Below, piece by piece: positions 46,547-47,502 of a stretch of 47,502 bases of DNA. Position numbers and translations under genes: made by a program. The notes under the pieces were generated by a model, which had not been told where the DNA came from, searched no databases, and saw only the letters and a list, made by a program, of their open reading frames with translations. How positions within the stretch are numbered: position 1 is the first letter of the stretch; every line of letters begins with the position of its first letter. Source of the DNA: an uncultured Eubacteriales bacterium (lineage in GTDB: Bacteria; Bacillota; Clostridia; Christensenellales; CAG-138); assembly GCA_902790115.1 (NCBI GenBank), contig CADAQS010000005.1:1-47502 (forward strand). Reading direction: 5' to 3'.

Positions 46547-47502
46547 TGATAAAAACGAAAGGTGGTGATACCATGAAAAACGGAAAAAAGATTTTTGTAG
46601 CCGTCCTGGTGCTTGCTTTGGCGATTGCGGCATTTGCTCCCACAACGTTTTCGTGGTATGACCACAACGATGCTCTCACCGGCAATAAAATGAGTTATTA
46701 CCGTGAGGATTTGCCTGTATCTGCAGGAACCGTGGCGCTGGAAACCAAAAAATACCGCATGGACGGAAACAAGATTTATTATGACAAGAAGGGCAACAAG
46801 GAGTACGCGCAAGATCAGTCTAATATGACTTCCGTTGCAAACGGTACAACGCAGTACTACGGCACGACGATTACCAACACCGGTTCAGCTCCGGCGTATG
46901 TAAATTTGTATTTGCAGAATATCACGCATCATCCGAAGAATTATATCGGCACGATTGCGCCCAGTTTAACGCATAAGGGTATGTCCTCATCGGTTCATAT
47001 TGCTAACCAAAATCTGATTCGCGTGTATTTTCAGGTAAAGAACACCAATAACTGGAGCGACGCTTCCGCGAAAACGTATCTTGTTTATAAAACGAAAACA
47101 GATGCGAGTTACGCAAATAAGGAAATTACCCAAACCATTACGCTTGCGAATAATATTGGTCAGTTTGAGAGTAGCTATACAGTCTATTACGTCGATTTGG
47201 AACCGGACACCACGGAGTTCTTCTTCGCAACCAACGGAAACAACAGCGGTTTTGACGCCGATAATAATACGGTAACACAAAACTGGTACCGCACCAACAC
47301 CATCACCGATATTCAGGCTGAGGTTGGTTATTACCTTACCGGCTATGCGGATGATACCACTTGGCGTGCCCAGTATGCTACTACTCCGATTTCAGGCGGT
47401 ATTAGTATTAAAACTTATTTCGACACCGCTGATGTTGCGGTAGGTCAGAACGCCTACGTCACTCTTGCTCAAGGCACCAACTATACCGGCAAGTCCGCAG
47501 CG
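45600..47502. other. Low-GC segment of foreign composition extending to the window end
   Basis: Sampled 60-nt lines at 46921 and 47041 count 47% and 40% GC, against 67% for the line at 44701. The change coincides with the truncation points of modA and the next gene. Confidence 0.7.
46573..47502 (+). CDS. Secreted protein with SipW/TasA-type signal peptide; 3' end beyond the window
   Basis: Not in the ORF track because no stop is reached. I translated 310 codons from ATG 46573 (GAAAGGTGGTGA SD) without a stop. N-terminus MKNGKKIFVAVLVLALAIAAFAPTTFSWYDHND resembles SipW-dependent signals (TasA/camelysin-like). TTITNTGSAPAYVNLYLQNI and IRVYFQVKNTNNWSD...YYVDLEPDTTEFFFATNG modules follow. Confidence 0.7.
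   Translation, partial: MKNGKKIFVAVLVLALAIAAFAPTTFSWYDHNDALTGNKMSYYREDLPVSAGTVALETKKYRMDGNKIYYDKKGNKEYAQDQSNMTSVANGTTQYYGTTITNTGSAPAYVNLYLQNITHHPKNYIGTIAPSLTHKGMSSSVHIANQNLIRVYFQVKNTNNWSDASAKTYLVYKTKTDASYANKEITQTITLANNIGQFESSYTVYYVDLEPDTTEFFFATNGNNSGFDADNNTVTQNWYRTNTITDIQAEVGYYLTGYADDTTWRAQYATTPISGGISIKTYFDTADVAVGQNAYVTLAQGTNYTGKSAA

Noticed and set aside
1-47502. CRISPR arrays, IS elements/transposases, integrases, prophage or defence-system genes, rRNA
   Set aside because: No spaced direct repeats, terminal inverted repeats or recombinase, nuclease or defence-type ORFs were recognised on either strand. The only repeats seen are the 18-bp tandem duplication at 6308-6343 and the terminator palindromes.

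Overview
High-GC (sampled 60-nt lines about 60-67% GC) Firmicutes/Clostridia-type chromosome segment, probably a spore-forming gut Oscillospirales-like anaerobe. That assignment is inferred from pro-sigma-K, SD-rich gene starts, TGnTATACT extended -10 promoters and gene content. All calls come from reading the sequence and the ORF track and recognising motifs from memory; no searches were run.

Most of the window is housekeeping or metabolic:
- rnj, a ylbF-like gene, mltG and sigK
- an Lsa-like ABC-F ATPase behind a terminator/antiterminator leader
- a BspA-type LRR lipoprotein
- an operon of FAD protein, L,D-transpeptidase and alpha/beta hydrolase
- vanZ and tRNA-Ala(CGC)
- a putative selenium/sulfur trafficking module: class-V aminotransferase, YedE, a degenerate TusA half and DUF3343
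- dut and ppa
- a bilin-reductase-like protein, a Cys-type sulfatase and an amylosucrase
- a decayed ptsI pseudogene, acyP, and glnA with a Gate-domain membrane protein
- an SDR with an anion permease
- a complete THF-dependent histidine-utilisation operon (hutH-hutU-ftcD(N)-hutI-cyclodeaminase)
- a divergent, uncharacterised operon of two membrane proteins plus a membrane-anchored M20 peptidase
- an orphan ECF S-component behind an unclassified attenuator
- an operon of frlD-like kinase, YunG-like and DUF1232 genes, a HAD hydrolase, and modCB with a 5'-truncated modA

At about 45.6 kb the composition changes abruptly to 40-47% GC. The remaining 1.9 kb encodes a 5'-truncated secreted repeat protein and a SipW/TasA-type-signal protein that runs off the window.

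No CRISPR array, IS element, transposase, integrase or rRNA was seen. The many long Arg/Ala-rich antisense ORFs in the track are high-GC artefacts.
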